Assembly (NCBI RefSeq): GCF_054482595.1
Contig: NZ_CM137008.1
Direction: 5' to 3' (one strand)
Length of the DNA stretch: 64,000 nucleotides
The notes below the pieces were generated by a model that saw nothing but the letters and a program-made list of their open reading frames with translations, made no database searches and was not told the origin of the DNA. The position numbers and the translations under genes were made by a program. Shown here piece after piece: positions 1-11,335 of this stretch; within the stretch, counting starts at the first letter, position 1; the number at the start of each line of letters is the position of its first letter.

Positions 1-1408
1 AATAGAGGGTTTGCCCCAGTTTTGCCAGACCATCCTTCAGATTGTTCATTGCTTTTTCGGCGTTATTGGCTTCGTCGAACTGCCCGTCCAGCGTATGCGT
101 GATGCTGACACCCTCTTCACTGGTGAGGGTCAGAATCAGTTGTTCCTGCCAGCCGCCCAGTTCAATGTCTACCGCCACCCGACGTTCGCTGGAGGTTTTT
201 GTCAGTGCCTGCTGCCAGTTATGATCAAGATTACGGTTTAGTGGGTGATGTGGACGAATTTTGTGCAAATCTGCTGGCATTTCATTGGGCCAGACGCGGT
301 ACTGATTTTCTCCGGTTTTCTCGACCGTATTGGCACGAAAACCGACGACTTCACGTTTAATCATCACGTTCAGGCCATCACCATTTGCCAGTGGCTCGGT
401 GACGGCAACATCGAGATGATCTTTCGCCACTTTCAATACTTCGCCTACCGGCAGGCCGATAAATTTCGGCGAATCGAACGCGCCAATATCGCCTTTACGG
501 GCATTCACAAAATAATCTGTGCTACCACGGTGGAAAGTCTTTTCCGTCGATGGAACAAAGAAATGTTCAGTACGACCTGATGAAGCGCGCGCCAGATCGC
601 CACGTTCTTCAATAATGGCATCAAGCATCTGGCGATAATGGGCGGTGATATTCTTCACGTAGCTCATATCTTTGTAACGCCCTTCAATCTTGAAGGAGCG
701 TACGCCAGCATCAATCAGCGCGCCGAGGTTGGCAGTCTGATCGTTATCTTTCATCGACAGCAGATGTTTTTCATAGGAAACCACCCGCCCCTGATCGTCT
801 TTCAATGTGTATGGCAAACGGCACGCCTGCGAGCAATCACCACGGTTGGCGCTACGCCCTGTTTGCGCATGAGAAATGTAGCACTGACCCGAATAGGCCA
901 CGCACAGTGCCCCATGAATAAAGAATTCAATGGTCGCGTCCGTGGCCTGGTGAATCGCGCGGATCTGCTCAAGATTCAGCTCTCGCGCCAGCACAATCTG
1001 CGTGAAGCCAACATCAGAGAGGAACTTCGCTTTTTCAACTGTACGAATGTCGCACTGCGTACTGGCGTGCAGTTCAATCGGCGGAATATCAAGTTCCAGA
1101 ATCCCCATATCCTGAACAATCAGCGCATCGACACCGGTCTGGTAGAGGTCAGTAATCAGCCGTTGCGCGGGTTCCAGCTCATCATCATGCAAAATGGTGT
1201 TAAGCGTGACGAAAATTTTTGCACCATAACGATGGGCAAACGGCACCAGCTCGGCAATATCTTTCAGGCTATTACTGGCATTATGACGGGCACCAAAACC
1301 AGGGCCGCCGATATAAACAGCATCGGCACCGTGCAAAATAGCTTCGCGGGCAATGGCGGCATCGCGTGCCGGGCTTAACAGTTCAAGTCGATGAGAAGAT
1401 ACGGTCAC
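1..1408 (-). CDS. ydcP: Peptidase U32-family protein YdcP (RlhA), 5' part only; GTG start, 3' end beyond window start
   Basis: Minus-strand translation from GTG at 1408 reads VTVSSHRLELLSPARDAAIAREAILHGADAVYIGGPGFGARHN... without stops to position 1; absent from ORF track because no in-window stop; plus-strand ORF 638..1378 is its antisense shadow. Confidence 0.8.
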   Translation of the reverse strand, partial: MTVSSHRLELLSPARDAAIAREAILHGADAVYIGGPGFGARHNASNSLKDIAELVPFAHRYGAKIFVTLNTILHDDELEPAQRLITDLYQTGVDALIVQDMGILELDIPPIELHASTQCDIRTVEKAKFLSDVGFTQIVLARELNLEQIRAIHQATDATIEFFIHGALCVAYSGQCYISHAQTGRSANRGDCSQACRLPYTLKDDQGRVVSYEKHLLSMKDNDQTANLGALIDAGVRSFKIEGRYKDMSYVKNITAHYRQMLDAIIEERGDLARASSGRTEHFFVPSTEKTFHRGSTDYFVNARKGDIGAFDSPKFIGLPVGEVLKVAKDHLDVAVTEPLANGDGLNVMIKREVVGFRANTVEKTGENQYRVWPNEMPADLHKIRPHHPLNRNLDHNWQQALTKTSSERRVAVDIELGGWQEQLILTLTSEEGVSITHTLDGQFDEANNAEKAMNNLKDGLAKLGQTLY

Positions 1409-1480
1409 ATTCTTATCCAGTAGCTGAAAAATGGCGGCTATTTTAGCCACAAGCGCGACGTTGCGAAATAGTTTTCCCGC

Positions 1481-2017
1481 TTAACTGCGCGGGTAATGGA
1501 TGAGGGAATGAAAATGTACGGTTTGCTCCCCACCATTACGATAGATATGCGTGACGTCTGCAGCAAATCGAACGCCTTCCCCACAATTAAGGGTCTGCCA
1601 TTCCCCATCAACGCACAGATCAAGTTGTCCATCAATGACGACGACATGTTCGATTACCCCCTTCTCATGGGGCGTCGATTCGCTTATTGCACCAGATGCC
1701 ATCTGAATCGAGAAGTGTTCGAAGCAGAGTTGTGGATCATAAGGAAACAGCGAAGTGATCACCATCGCCTGCTGTTGTGGATCATAAACTGAAGGCGTAG
1801 CGGACTGCGGCGGAGAAATAAATGTTGAAAATGGTACGTTCAACCCGGTGGCAATTTTCCATAATGTCGCGACCGTCGGACTGGACTCATTACGCTCAAT
1901 CTGCCCTAACATTGCTTTAGAAACGCCCGTCGCTTCTGCCAGTCGCGAAAGACTCCAGCCGCGCTGCTGGCGTAGTTGTTTAAGTGTGGTGGATAAAAAG
2001 CGAGCGAGATTTTCCAT
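1481..2017 (-). CDS. ydcN: XRE-family HTH plus cupin transcriptional regulator
   Basis: 178-aa ORF, N-terminal HTH (LSRLAEATGVSKAMLGQIERNESSP), C-terminal cupin-like region. Confidence 0.85.
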   Translation of the reverse strand: MENLARFLSTTLKQLRQQRGWSLSRLAEATGVSKAMLGQIERNESSPTVATLWKIATGLNVPFSTFISPPQSATPSVYDPQQQAMVITSLFPYDPQLCFEHFSIQMASGAISESTPHEKGVIEHVVVIDGQLDLCVDGEWQTLNCGEGVRFAADVTHIYRNGGEQTVHFHSLIHYPRS

Positions 2018-2108
2018 GCGACTCCTCCGGCAAAACGGAAGTTTATCACTTGTGCGTTATAACGGACAAATGCTACGGTGCCTGTACGCTATAACGCACG
2101 AGGTGACT

Positions 2109-3284
2109 ATGCGTCTGTTTTCTATTCCTCCACCCACGCTACTGGCGGGGTTTCTGGCGGTATTAATTGGCTACGCCAGTTCAGCGGCAATAATCTGGCA
2201 AGCAGCGATTGTCGCCGGAGCCACCACTGCACAAATCTCTGGCTGGATGACGGCGCTGGGGCTGGCAATGGGCGTCAGTACGCTGACTCTGACATTATGG
2301 TATCGCGTACCTGTTCTCACCGCATGGTCAACGCCTGGCGCGGCTTTGTTGGTCACCGGATTGCAGGGACTAACACTTAACGAAGCCATCGGCGTTTTTA
2401 TTGTCACCAACGCGTTAATAGTCCTCTGCGGCATAACGGGACTCTTTGCTCGTCTGATGCGCATTATTCCGCACTCGCTTGCGGCGGCAATGCTTGCCGG
2501 GATTTTATTACGCTTTGGTTTACAGGCGTTTGCCAGTCTGGACGGTCAATTTACGTTGTGTGGAAGTATGTTGCTGGTATGGCTGGCAACCAAGGCCGTT
2601 GCGCCGCGCTATGCGGTAATTGCCGCGATGATTATTGGGATCGTGATCGTCATCGCGCAAGGTGACGTTGTCACAACTGATGTTGTCTTTAAACCCGTTC
2701 TCCCCACTTATATTACCCCTGATTTTTCGTTTGCTCACAGCCTGAGCGTTGCACTCCCCCTTTTTCTGGTGACGATGGCATCGCAAAACGCACCGGGTAT
2801 CGCAGCAATGAAAGCAGCTGGATATTCGGCTCCTGTTTCGCCATTAATTGTATTTACTGGATTGCTGGCACTGGTTTTTTCCCCTTTCGGCGTTTATTCC
2901 GTCGGTATTGCGGCAATCACCGCGGCTATTTGCCAAAGCCCGGAAGCGCATCCGGATAAAGATCAACGTTGGCTGGCAGCTGCCGTTGCAGGCATTTTCT
3001 ATTTGCTCGCAGGTCTGTTTGGTAGTGCCATTACCGGGATGATGGCTGCCCTGCCCGTAAGTTGGATCCAGATGCTGGCAGGTCTGGCGCTGTTGAGTAC
3101 CATTGGCGGCAGTTTGTATCAGGCGCTGCATAATGAGCGTGAGCGCGACGCGGCGGTGGTGGCATTTCTGGTAACGGCAAGTGGATTGACGCTGGTCGGG
3201 ATTGGTTCTGCGTTCTGGGGATTAATTGCCGGAGGCGTTTGTTACGTGGTGTTGAATTTAATCGCTGACAGAAACCGATATTGA
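2109..3284 (+). CDS. ydcO: BenE-family membrane transporter
   Basis: Track ORF 1848..3284; start moved to internal ATG (MRLFSIPPPTLLAGFLAV...) giving 391 aa; polytopic hydrophobic protein. Confidence 0.8.
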   Translation: MRLFSIPPPTLLAGFLAVLIGYASSAAIIWQAAIVAGATTAQISGWMTALGLAMGVSTLTLTLWYRVPVLTAWSTPGAALLVTGLQGLTLNEAIGVFIVTNALIVLCGITGLFARLMRIIPHSLAAAMLAGILLRFGLQAFASLDGQFTLCGSMLLVWLATKAVAPRYAVIAAMIIGIVIVIAQGDVVTTDVVFKPVLPTYITPDFSFAHSLSVALPLFLVTMASQNAPGIAAMKAAGYSAPVSPLIVFTGLLALVFSPFGVYSVGIAAITAAICQSPEAHPDKDQRWLAAAVAGIFYLLAGLFGSAITGMMAALPVSWIQMLAGLALLSTIGGSLYQALHNERERDAAVVAFLVTASGLTLVGIGSAFWGLIAGGVCYVVLNLIADRNRY

Positions 3285-3323
3285 CATCCTCCACGCCCTG
3301 AAGGACGTGGATCCCTGCTACGT

Positions 3324-4532
3324 TCAGGCTGTCGCCTGAATCATTTCGGTGGGTTCCTGCTTCAACGGGCGGCCTGACTGCACCATCTCTCCACAGGCAA
3401 GAACGGCGTGCCCCGCCGCTAAAATGTTACGAGCGCCATTTACATCGGCGTTCGCTGTATATCCACATACCTGGCATCTGAATTTACTTTGTGACAGGCG
3501 GTTCTCTTTCGCTGTATGACCACAGTACGCGCAACGCTGGCTTGTATACGCTGGCGGAACAGCAAGCACCTGACCGCCACGCCAGAGCTGCTTGTACTCA
3601 AGCTGGCGGTGCATTTCATACCAGCCCTGATCCAGTATCGAACGGTTTAAACCTGATTTTGCCCGGACATTGCGCCCCGGCTGGCTGACCGTACCCGCTG
3701 CTGACTTTGACATGTTGCTGACCTTCAAATCCTCAATGACTATCATTGCGTGGTTTTTGCTGACGGCCGTTGTGACTTTGTGAAGGTAGTCCCTGCGGAT
3801 ATTTGCGATACAGGAATGCAGTCGCTGTATTTTGCGTTTCTGCTTCTGCCAGTTGTTGCTGAATTTGACCTTGCGGCTTAACTGTCGCTGAAGTCTCGCC
3901 AGCGTCTTCTGGTTTTTCTGAAAACTGTTTACAGGCTCAAAGACTGTGCCATCTGACAGCGTGGCGAGTTTAGCCACGCCAGCATCCAGCCCGACCATTG
4001 ATGCTGAAGGGTGAGCCGGAGTGGATACTTCACTTTCTGTCTGAATACTGATGTACCACTTACCGCAGGACTGGCTGACAGTGACATTTTTCACAACACC
4101 CGTGACCTGACGGCTGTTCCGGTAGCGCATCCAGCCCAGTTTCGGCAGAAAAATACGGCTGTTTTCCTGATCGAGCTTAACGCCCTGCGGGTAGCGGAAT
4201 GCATCATTCTGTCCCCGCTTTTTGAATCGGGGAAAAGCAGCCCGCTTCCGGAAGAAGTTTTTGTAAGCCCGCTCAAGGTCTTTCAGTGACTGTTGCAATG
4301 GCTGTGAGGGAGAATCTTTAAGCCATTGCGTTTCAGTGGCATTTTTCCACTCAACCAGCCAGGAAGCCATTTTCCCGTAAGGGATGTATTTATTACCGGC
4401 CTCATGATTCTCATTCTGACGTGCCAGAGCACGATTGAAAACGAAACGACATGCGCCTGCGAAGCGCCTCATTTCACACTCCTGTTGACCACCTGGTCTT
4501 AACTGGAATTTAAATGCCTGTAATCGTTTCAC
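3324..4532 (-). CDS. insQ: TnpB (OrfB) RNA-guided endonuclease of IS200/IS605 family
   Basis: 402-aa ORF with RuvC-like motifs [22 protein letters not shown] and zinc finger CAYCG...CQVCG. Confidence 0.9.
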   Translation of the reverse strand: MKRLQAFKFQLRPGGQQECEMRRFAGACRFVFNRALARQNENHEAGNKYIPYGKMASWLVEWKNATETQWLKDSPSQPLQQSLKDLERAYKNFFRKRAAFPRFKKRGQNDAFRYPQGVKLDQENSRIFLPKLGWMRYRNSRQVTGVVKNVTVSQSCGKWYISIQTESEVSTPAHPSASMVGLDAGVAKLATLSDGTVFEPVNSFQKNQKTLARLQRQLSRKVKFSNNWQKQKRKIQRLHSCIANIRRDYLHKVTTAVSKNHAMIVIEDLKVSNMSKSAAGTVSQPGRNVRAKSGLNRSILDQGWYEMHRQLEYKQLWRGGQVLAVPPAYTSQRCAYCGHTAKENRLSQSKFRCQVCGYTANADVNGARNILAAGHAVLACGEMVQSGRPLKQEPTEMIQATA

Positions 4533-4539
4533 AGGTCAA

Positions 4540-5046
4540 ATGATACTTTGGTCTGTGAAAAAAGAAACCGATATCCGGCGTGGAAGGCATTGTGTTTTCC
4601 TGATGCATGTTCACCTGGTCTTTGTCACCAGATACCGACGCCAGATTTTTGACCATGACGCGACAGAAAAACTACGCACTTACTTTTCAAATGTATGTGC
4701 TTATTTTGAAGCTGAACTGGTTGAAATGGATGGCGAACCAGATCACGTCCATTTGTTAATTAACTAACCTCCCAAACTGGCGATATCCAGTCTGGTAAAC
4801 AGCCTCAAAGGCGTATCGGGTAGGTTACTGCGACGAGATCGACCAGATATTGCAGTCAGGTATTACTACAAAGGCGTTTTGTGGAGTCCTGGCTATTTTG
4901 CCAGTAGCTGCGGAGGTGCGCCAATATCCGTCATCCGCCAATACATTGAACAACAGCAAACACCTGGTCAGGTGGAAAACCGCGCCTTATATCCCCGCCC
5001 TGAAGGATGGGGTTTTACGGCGCACCGGATAAAAAGCGCCATCTAA
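4540..5046 (+). pseudogene. IS200-type HuH/Y1 transposase TnpA interrupted by in-frame TAA at 4765-4767
   Basis: N-terminal part ...HVHLVFVTRYRRQIF...DGEPDHVHLLIN then TAA; same frame continues PPKLAISSLVNSLKGVSGRLL...YYKGVLWSPGYFASSCGGAPISVIRQYIEQQ to stop at 5044-5046. Confidence 0.7.
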
Positions 5047-5055
5047 CGATGGCGC
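5031..5055 (-). terminator. Intrinsic terminator downstream of ydcL
   Basis: Hairpin gcgccatc-taac-gatggcgc (5036-5055) followed on minus strand by U5 (5031-5035); 8 nt after ydcL stop. Confidence 0.5.
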
Positions 5056-5063
5056 GTCTGGAA

Positions 5064-5732
5064 CTACTTTTTGTTAACGTCAAACATGGTGGCATCGGTC
5101 GCCATGTCATCAATAACTTGTTTAATATTTTCGAAAGCCATTGGCGTACTTTCGTTATTCAGGTCTTTACCTTCGCCCTGACGAACGACTTTGATAACCG
5201 GTTTATTAGTCGCTGCATCAATCAGCTCACCTTCAAAATAGAGGCGAGTATCCATGGTACGGTGGCCTGTAGCCATTTGCGTCCCCGCAACCACTAATGC
5301 AACAGGAACCACTTCATAGAATTGCAGCCCTTCTTTGCTGGTATCTACACCGGTAATGGCCCCACGGAAAATCAGACTACGCGGCCCAGCGGTGGTAACC
5401 ACTGGTTTACGCTGCGCTATCGCTTCTTTCATTTCGGTGTTGGTATAGTTCAAAATTTTATCCAGAACTTTCTGCCCTACCTGGGTAGAAGGTTTTGGTA
5501 CCGGATAATAAGTGATTGGGTTCCAGACGATGCTGTCATATTTGCTTTGATCAAAACTCGGGTCTACCCAACGTAAAACAGGTTTACCTGTTGCTGAGGT
5601 TGTTTCTTTTAAATCAGAGTAATTGTTTAAAAAACCAGAATATTTATCTGGCTGGGTGATTTTAGAGGCACAACCAGACAGAGCCAACAAGCCGCATAAA
5701 GCTGCAACTTTCGCAAATGATGTGGTACGCAT
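5064..5732 (-). CDS. ydcL: Lipoprotein YdcL
   Basis: 222-aa ORF with lipobox LALSGCAS after signal peptide. Confidence 0.85.
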   Translation of the reverse strand: MRTTSFAKVAALCGLLALSGCASKITQPDKYSGFLNNYSDLKETTSATGKPVLRWVDPSFDQSKYDSIVWNPITYYPVPKPSTQVGQKVLDKILNYTNTEMKEAIAQRKPVVTTAGPRSLIFRGAITGVDTSKEGLQFYEVVPVALVVAGTQMATGHRTMDTRLYFEGELIDAATNKPVIKVVRQGEGKDLNNESTPMAFENIKQVIDDMATDATMFDVNKK

Positions 5733-6035
5733 GAATAGTTTCCTGAGATGATTATATTACTTTTTAAGTTATAGCAAAAAGCGCCGCTTCGTGTTGTGGC
5801 AAAAAAAGTGTTGGTGAAAATAAATTTTTTTAGCCCCTTTTCAGACGACATAGTCAATGCCGCAAAAGGGGCTAAGTCAATCATCAGTAGTTAAATTTCA
5901 GTAAGTTAAGCTGCTAAAAAACTTCGACTACTGTGATTAATTTCACATCCCTTCGATAAAAAATATGCTTACCGAAAAGAAGAACAGTAAATCATCTCAG
6001 CGTGGGGAATTTTCACGCGCCTTATTCTTAGCGGG

Positions 6036-6629
6036 TCATTTTTTACGTGCCAGCATCGTGGCGAAACGCAGTTTAATACGATTACCGTTGGCGTCGGTGC
6101 GGTGCAGCTCGCCGACGTCTTCATTGTATTTCACCCTCTCCCAGCCTTCGTAATATCGACGTAATTCTCCCTCTTTGAAGGCAAACGGGAAGCCGACGGT
6201 ACATGGATAATCAGCGGTATCCATCGCCGCCACAATCAGGTTGTAACCACCAGGTTTAGTGCAACGTTGCATATTGGCAATCAACCCGGGGATGGTTTTA
6301 GCCTCAAGGAACATCAGCACCACAGTCGAAAGAATAAAATCGTACTGTCCATCAAATGTGAGGTTATTCAGATCAACGACCCGGGTGTGTAAATTATCCA
6401 GATTTTCAATGGATTTAATGCGCTCGACGTTGGCGATACTCATGGCATTTTTATCCCATGCGTCAACATCATAACCATTGGCTGCCAGGTAAAGACTGTT
6501 ACGACCATTGCCACAGCCCAGATCCAGCGTTTTACCCGGTTTAACCACTTTCACCGCTTCCAGTACTTCAGAGTGTGTGCGGGTTAATTCATATTTATCA
6601 GTAAAATAGTTTTCGTCACGAATGATCAT
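6036..6629 (-). CDS. tehB: Tellurite resistance SAM-dependent methyltransferase TehB
   Basis: 197-aa [25 protein letters not shown]..., motif [15 protein letters not shown]. Confidence 0.9.
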   Translation of the reverse strand: MIIRDENYFTDKYELTRTHSEVLEAVKVVKPGKTLDLGCGNGRNSLYLAANGYDVDAWDKNAMSIANVERIKSIENLDNLHTRVVDLNNLTFDGQYDFILSTVVLMFLEAKTIPGLIANMQRCTKPGGYNLIVAAMDTADYPCTVGFPFAFKEGELRRYYEGWERVKYNEDVGELHRTDANGNRIKLRFATMLARKK

Positions 6630-7618
6630 TCTTTGTCCTCTGCTTTCATTAAAACGGCGCGCTCGGTTCTGACTAACAATTTTCCCTGCATCAGAAGCGC
6701 GAAAGTACGGATGAGCAGTATTGCAATAATAAAATTGGTAAAGATAAACAGCGGTACCGCCAGCGTATGGAAAAATCCATTTTCGCTGCCACTCCCCAGA
6801 TGCAAACCGGTGGTTGCCAGTGCAGATACGCCGAACGAGAAACTCCAGAATGAAGCATTAAATGGCTGGGAGAGATACCATGGCATCAGACGTAGCATAA
6901 ACAGCAGTTGCAGCAGTCCATAACCAAAAAGCATTTTCGCCAGCGTATCACCCTCGCCGCCGTTGACGCTCAACCAAGCACTACAGGCCACCAGCGCAGG
7001 AGCGAGCTGAATGCCGAGTGATGTCCGCAGTGCCGTGGGTAATTCTCCCGAACTGCGCAGACGCTGCAAGATCACAGGTTCAAGGCTTAGCCATGAGAAA
7101 ACGCCTGCGCCTAAAAACACCAGACCGGCGTCGGTGTAGCCCAACGCACCACAGGCCATTGCGCTGATAAAGTTGTTGGCAACTGTCGGCAGATACAGTC
7201 CAGGCGTGGTAGCTTCTTCAGGGTGAGATCCGCGCCATAATCCCGCAGTTTGCCAGGCGGCATAAGCCAACTGAACCACGACACCAAAACTGAACAGGCA
7301 CACCGCCAGTGGGCGAAACCACGGAACAAAACCAATCGCCACCAGCATCGTCGTTGCCGGAAACAAACTCACAAAACTGCTCATCACTGGATGGCGCACT
7401 TCTGCCAGCACGCTATGCGGAAAGCGTATGAGTCGGGTAATAAATGCGCTAGTTAACAATCCCCAGATGATCATCGCCAGAATCACCAGCCCATCCCCTA
7501 ACCAGTGGCTGACCTGCCAAACCTGGCTGGCATAGCGCCAGGCAAATCCCATCCCTATCGTCCCCAACACAATACCAAAGTAGCCTGCCGGCAAATTGAG
7601 CACTTTATCGCTCTGCAT
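6626..7618 (-). CDS. tehA: Tellurite resistance / dicarboxylate transporter-family membrane protein TehA
   Basis: Track ORF 6626..7726 trimmed to internal ATG ([19 protein letters not shown]...) giving 330 aa; 4-nt overlap with tehB start. Confidence 0.85.
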   Translation of the reverse strand: MQSDKVLNLPAGYFGIVLGTIGMGFAWRYASQVWQVSHWLGDGLVILAMIIWGLLTSAFITRLIRFPHSVLAEVRHPVMSSFVSLFPATTMLVAIGFVPWFRPLAVCLFSFGVVVQLAYAAWQTAGLWRGSHPEEATTPGLYLPTVANNFISAMACGALGYTDAGLVFLGAGVFSWLSLEPVILQRLRSSGELPTALRTSLGIQLAPALVACSAWLSVNGGEGDTLAKMLFGYGLLQLLFMLRLMPWYLSQPFNASFWSFSFGVSALATTGLHLGSGSENGFFHTLAVPLFIFTNFIIAILLIRTFALLMQGKLLVRTERAVLMKAEDKE

Positions 7619-7741
7619 CTTCTTACTCATTTTGTTTAATTTATAAAGTATATTTGAAATGCATTTTATGGAATTTTCTCGAGCATAGCCAGAGCCGCAG
7701 AATTTGCTACGGTTATAGTAAGTCACCTGTGGGAAAACGCT

Positions 7742-8722
7742 ATGCGCAAATATCGTCTAAGTGAAGAACAGCGAGCCTTTAGTTATCAGGAAGATGGCAC
7801 TAAAAAAAATGTGTTATTACGGCAGATTATCGCCATTAGCGATTTTAACGATGTGATAGCAGGAACCGCTGGCGGCTGGATCGATCGCGAAACGGTGTTA
7901 GCACAGGAAGGAAATTGCTGGATTTACGACCAGAACGCTATTGCGTTCGGCGGAGCGGTGATTTCCGGTAATACGCGCATCACCGGCACCAGCGTGCTGT
8001 GGGGAGAGGTTTACGCAACGGATAATGTCTGGATCGATAATAGTGAAATCAGCCAGGGTGCATATATAAGTGACAGCGTCACCATTCATGACTCACTGGT
8101 TTGCGGGCAATGTAGAATATTTGGTCACGCCTTAATTAATCAACATTCTATGATCGTCGCAGCACAAGGCTTAACGCCTGACCATCAACTCCTGCTACAA
8201 ATTTATGATCGCGCAAGGGTTAGCGCCTCGCGTATTGTCCACCAGGCACAAATTTATGGCGATGCCGTCATCCGGTATGCTTTTATTGAACATCGTGCCG
8301 AAGTTTTTGATTTTGCCAGTATTGAAGGTAATGAAGAGAACAACGTCTGGCTATGCGATTGCGCTAAAGTCTACGGTCACGCGCAGGTGAAAGCTGGCAT
8401 AGAAGAAGATGCCATTCCAACGATTCATTACAGTTCGCAGGTGGCGGAATATGCCATTGTGGAAGGTAATTGTGTGTTAAAACATCATGTCTTGATTGGC
8501 GGAAATGCCGTGGTACGTGGTGGACCGATTCTGCTCGACGAGCACGTTGTAATACAAGGTGAGAGCCGTATTACAGGTGCGGTGATAATTGAAAACCATG
8601 TGGAGTTAACCGACCACGCCGTCGTTGAAGCCTTTGATGGCGACACGGTTCATGTCCGTGGTCCAAAAGTCATTAACGGCGAGGAGCGCATTACGCGAAC
8701 GCCGCTGGCAGGGTTATTATGA
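7742..8722 (+). CDS. ydcK: Uncharacterized protein YdcK (hexapeptide-repeat-like)
   Basis: 326-aa ORF; 3' end overlaps rimL 3' end by 6 nt (convergent). Confidence 0.8.
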   Translation: MRKYRLSEEQRAFSYQEDGTKKNVLLRQIIAISDFNDVIAGTAGGWIDRETVLAQEGNCWIYDQNAIAFGGAVISGNTRITGTSVLWGEVYATDNVWIDNSEISQGAYISDSVTIHDSLVCGQCRIFGHALINQHSMIVAAQGLTPDHQLLLQIYDRARVSASRIVHQAQIYGDAVIRYAFIEHRAEVFDFASIEGNEENNVWLCDCAKVYGHAQVKAGIEEDAIPTIHYSSQVAEYAIVEGNCVLKHHVLIGGNAVVRGGPILLDEHVVIQGESRITGAVIIENHVELTDHAVVEAFDGDTVHVRGPKVINGEERITRTPLAGLL

Positions 8723-9253
8723 ATCGATAATACGCGCGTATAAGTTCACATCATCATAGGCATCATTCAGGAACTCAGCCTGTTTCAGGCAACCTTCAAG
8801 GATAAAACCATTGCGCAAAGCGACCTGGTTGCTTTGCGGATTGTCCACCCGACATTTGATCACGAAGCGTCTAAGTTCACCAGACTGGGCGTAATGATGA
8901 ATCAATGCCTGCAGCGCCTGAGAAATGATCCCCTGCCCCTGATGAGATTCGTCCAGCCAGTAGCCTATTTCAGCGGTTTTATTCAGTGGTTCAATACGAT
9001 TAAACGAGATAACGCCGATAAGTTCATCTTCTTTGAAAATCATGAACATTTTGGCATAGCCGCGTTGATGCAACATCACATTACCCTGCACCGTTTTTCG
9101 CGTGTCCTCTTCACTCTGAACGAACTGCGGCCAGTTTAGCGACTGCTGTAACCAGGTTTTATTTTTACAGATTAACTGATAAAGAGGAGTGACGTGATTT
9201 TCTGCAACAGCATGTAATTCAAGTGATTCGCTTACTTTTATCGTTTCAGTCAT
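8717..9253 (-). CDS. rimL: Ribosomal-protein L7/L12 serine N-acetyltransferase
   Basis: Track ORF trimmed to [16 protein letters not shown]...; GNAT-fold sequence. Confidence 0.85.
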   Translation of the reverse strand: MTETIKVSESLELHAVAENHVTPLYQLICKNKTWLQQSLNWPQFVQSEEDTRKTVQGNVMLHQRGYAKMFMIFKEDELIGVISFNRIEPLNKTAEIGYWLDESHQGQGIISQALQALIHHYAQSGELRRFVIKCRVDNPQSNQVALRNGFILEGCLKQAEFLNDAYDDVNLYARIIDS

Positions 9254-9315
9254 CTTATCTCCAGTCAATCCATGCTGTTGTTAAAAAAGCCGCCTGGCTG
9301 GCGGCTTAGGAAAGT

Positions 9316-9540
9316 TTACACCTCTTTGACGCTCTCCTGCTGCAGGATTTTGAGCATCTCATCTTTTAACTGTAGCTTTTGTTTTTTCATGCGGACCACT
9401 TCCGCATTGTACCCTCGACCGTCGGAACCTTCCTTTCTGGCAATTTCATGATCAAGTTTATTGTGTTTATCGAACAAGGACATAAAGCGAGGATTTTCGT
9501 TTTTCAGACGGGATATTAAATCTCGGTATTCTGGAAACAT
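9316..9540 (-). CDS. ydcH: Small conserved protein YdcH
   Basis: Track ORF trimmed to MFPEYRDLISRLKNENPRF... (74 aa). Confidence 0.8.
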   Translation of the reverse strand: MFPEYRDLISRLKNENPRFMSLFDKHNKLDHEIARKEGSDGRGYNAEVVRMKKQKLQLKDEMLKILQQESVKEV

Positions 9541-9679
9541 ACGCACTCCCTGTTAGTGGCTGACAAGGTGTATCTGAAATACACACCATCAGATTACTCA
9601 TTTAACTTAGGGAAAAATGCGAGCGGGATCGTGTTTAACCAGACGGCACCTCCCGAAGAAGGTGCCGAAGAAAAAACGA

Positions 9680-11335
9680 TTAACTCATCACGCGGTCGTC
9701 AACATACTGACGTTTATCCGGCGCTGGCGGGAAATACTGATACAGCCATGTTTCACTGATAGCGTCCCCCTGACAACGTAGATACATCCGCATATCGACC
9801 GGATCAGTGGAGTCCGAAGTCGGATACCAGTCAAACTGAATACGATAACCATCGATGGGTTCAATATAGAGAATTTCGATTTGCTTCGCTTCCCCACTGG
9901 AAAGCGTAATCACCGGCTCAATGCCTTTTGGCGCGGCAGCTTTCAGATCACCACCAACGAAATCAACGGCAAAACGACGCGCCCATTTTTCGGGATAGTG
10001 TTCACCTGGCGCCCAACCTTCCGGGAAACCGCCCATGCCGGTACGCGTCGCCATAACGCGCGCTAATGGGCAATGAACAGGCGGTTGCGCACTCCAGTAC
10101 AGACGATACTGGAATGCAAACTCATCACCTGCTTTTACAGCTTTTTCTGGCTGCCAGAAGCAGACAATGTTATCCAGCGTTTCGCCCGTTGTTGGGATTT
10201 CCATCAGGCCGATGGTGCCCTTACCCCACTTGTTACGCGGTTCCACCCACAGACTTGGGCGTTTGTTATACCAGCCCATAATGTCCTGATAATGGGAGAA
10301 GTCACGATCCAGTTGCAATAAACCAAACCCTTTCGGGTTGTTGTCGGTGTAAGCATTGAATTGCAATTTTTGCGGATTATTCAGCGGACGGCAAATCCAC
10401 TCGCCGTTGCCCCGCCACATGGACAGACGATCAGAGTCATGAATTTGCGGATGAATTGTATCGCACATCCGACGTTCATTAGTACCGCAGCTGAACATAC
10501 TGGTCATCGGCGCAATGCCCAGCTGTTTAATGTCTTTGCGCGCATACAGGTGATTTTCCACATCCATAATCACCTGACTTTTCTCACAATGGATAGTGAA
10601 CTTATAGGCACCAGTAATGCTGGCGCTATCGAGCAACGCATAAACGGTAAAGGTAGTTGCCCCCGGTTTTACCGTATCAAACCAGAAGGCGGTAAAGTCG
10701 GGGAACTCTTCTTTACTGTCGGTGTAAGTGTCGATCGCCAGGCCGCGGGCCGACAAACCGTATTGATATGTATCATCAACGGCGCGGAAATAACTCGCGC
10801 CGAGAAATGATACTACATCACGGCGCGCCAGTTCGGGGGCTTTAAACACGCGAAAACCGGCAAAGCCGAGATCGCTTTGCCCTTCTAATTGTTTTGTATC
10901 AACACCTGCATCGTTGTATTTGAACAACTCCGGGCGAAAGTGAATTTCACGCGCCAGATGTGTTGCTGGATCTACAGAAAACATACGAACGCGGCGACGG
11001 AATCCCATTCCCATATGGAAGAACTGAGCGTCCAGTTGACGGTTCTCAACGTTATGCCAGAGCGATTTTTCGGCGTCGTATTGAATACTGTTATAAGCCT
11101 GCGGCGTCATTGTCGCCAGCGTGTCAGGTAACGGACGAGGCGCACCACGCCACGCTGTTTGCGCTAAGTCGTGCGCCATTGACTGTAGAATGGAGAAGTC
11201 AAAACGCTGGGTTTGCCCGTCGGCAATATCAGAATCTGCCGCGAATGCCGCCTGAGAAAAAAGAGAAGCAATGCCGCTGGTACCGCACACGGCGGCCATA
11301 GCCATTGAACCTTTAATAAATCGTCTACGATCCAT
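9680..11335 (-). CDS. opgD: Periplasmic glucans biosynthesis protein OpgD (MdoD), Tat signal
   Basis: 551-aa ORF starting [21 protein letters not shown]... (twin-arginine motif). Confidence 0.9.
   Translation of the reverse strand: MDRRRFIKGSMAMAAVCGTSGIASLFSQAAFAADSDIADGQTQRFDFSILQSMAHDLAQTAWRGAPRPLPDTLATMTPQAYNSIQYDAEKSLWHNVENRQLDAQFFHMGMGFRRRVRMFSVDPATHLAREIHFRPELFKYNDAGVDTKQLEGQSDLGFAGFRVFKAPELARRDVVSFLGASYFRAVDDTYQYGLSARGLAIDTYTDSKEEFPDFTAFWFDTVKPGATTFTVYALLDSASITGAYKFTIHCEKSQVIMDVENHLYARKDIKQLGIAPMTSMFSCGTNERRMCDTIHPQIHDSDRLSMWRGNGEWICRPLNNPQKLQFNAYTDNNPKGFGLLQLDRDFSHYQDIMGWYNKRPSLWVEPRNKWGKGTIGLMEIPTTGETLDNIVCFWQPEKAVKAGDEFAFQYRLYWSAQPPVHCPLARVMATRTGMGGFPEGWAPGEHYPEKWARRFAVDFVGGDLKAAAPKGIEPVITLSSGEAKQIEILYIEPIDGYRIQFDWYPTSDSTDPVDMRMYLRCQGDAISETWLYQYFPPAPDKRQYVDDRVMS

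Larger units (their letters stand above)
3285..5050. mobile_element. IS200/IS605-family element (IS609-like): tnpB plus divergent nonsense-interrupted tnpA; boundaries approximate
   Basis: Divergent tnpB/tnpA pair flanked by two short hairpins sharing the 12-bp direct repeat cgccctgaagga (3294-3305 and 4996-5007); inserted between ydcO stop (3284) and ydcL terminator. Confidence 0.6.

Noticed and set aside
638-1378. 246-aa plus-strand ORF from the track
   Set aside because: Lies entirely antisense to the well-supported ydcP reading frame; low-complexity, non-protein-like translation
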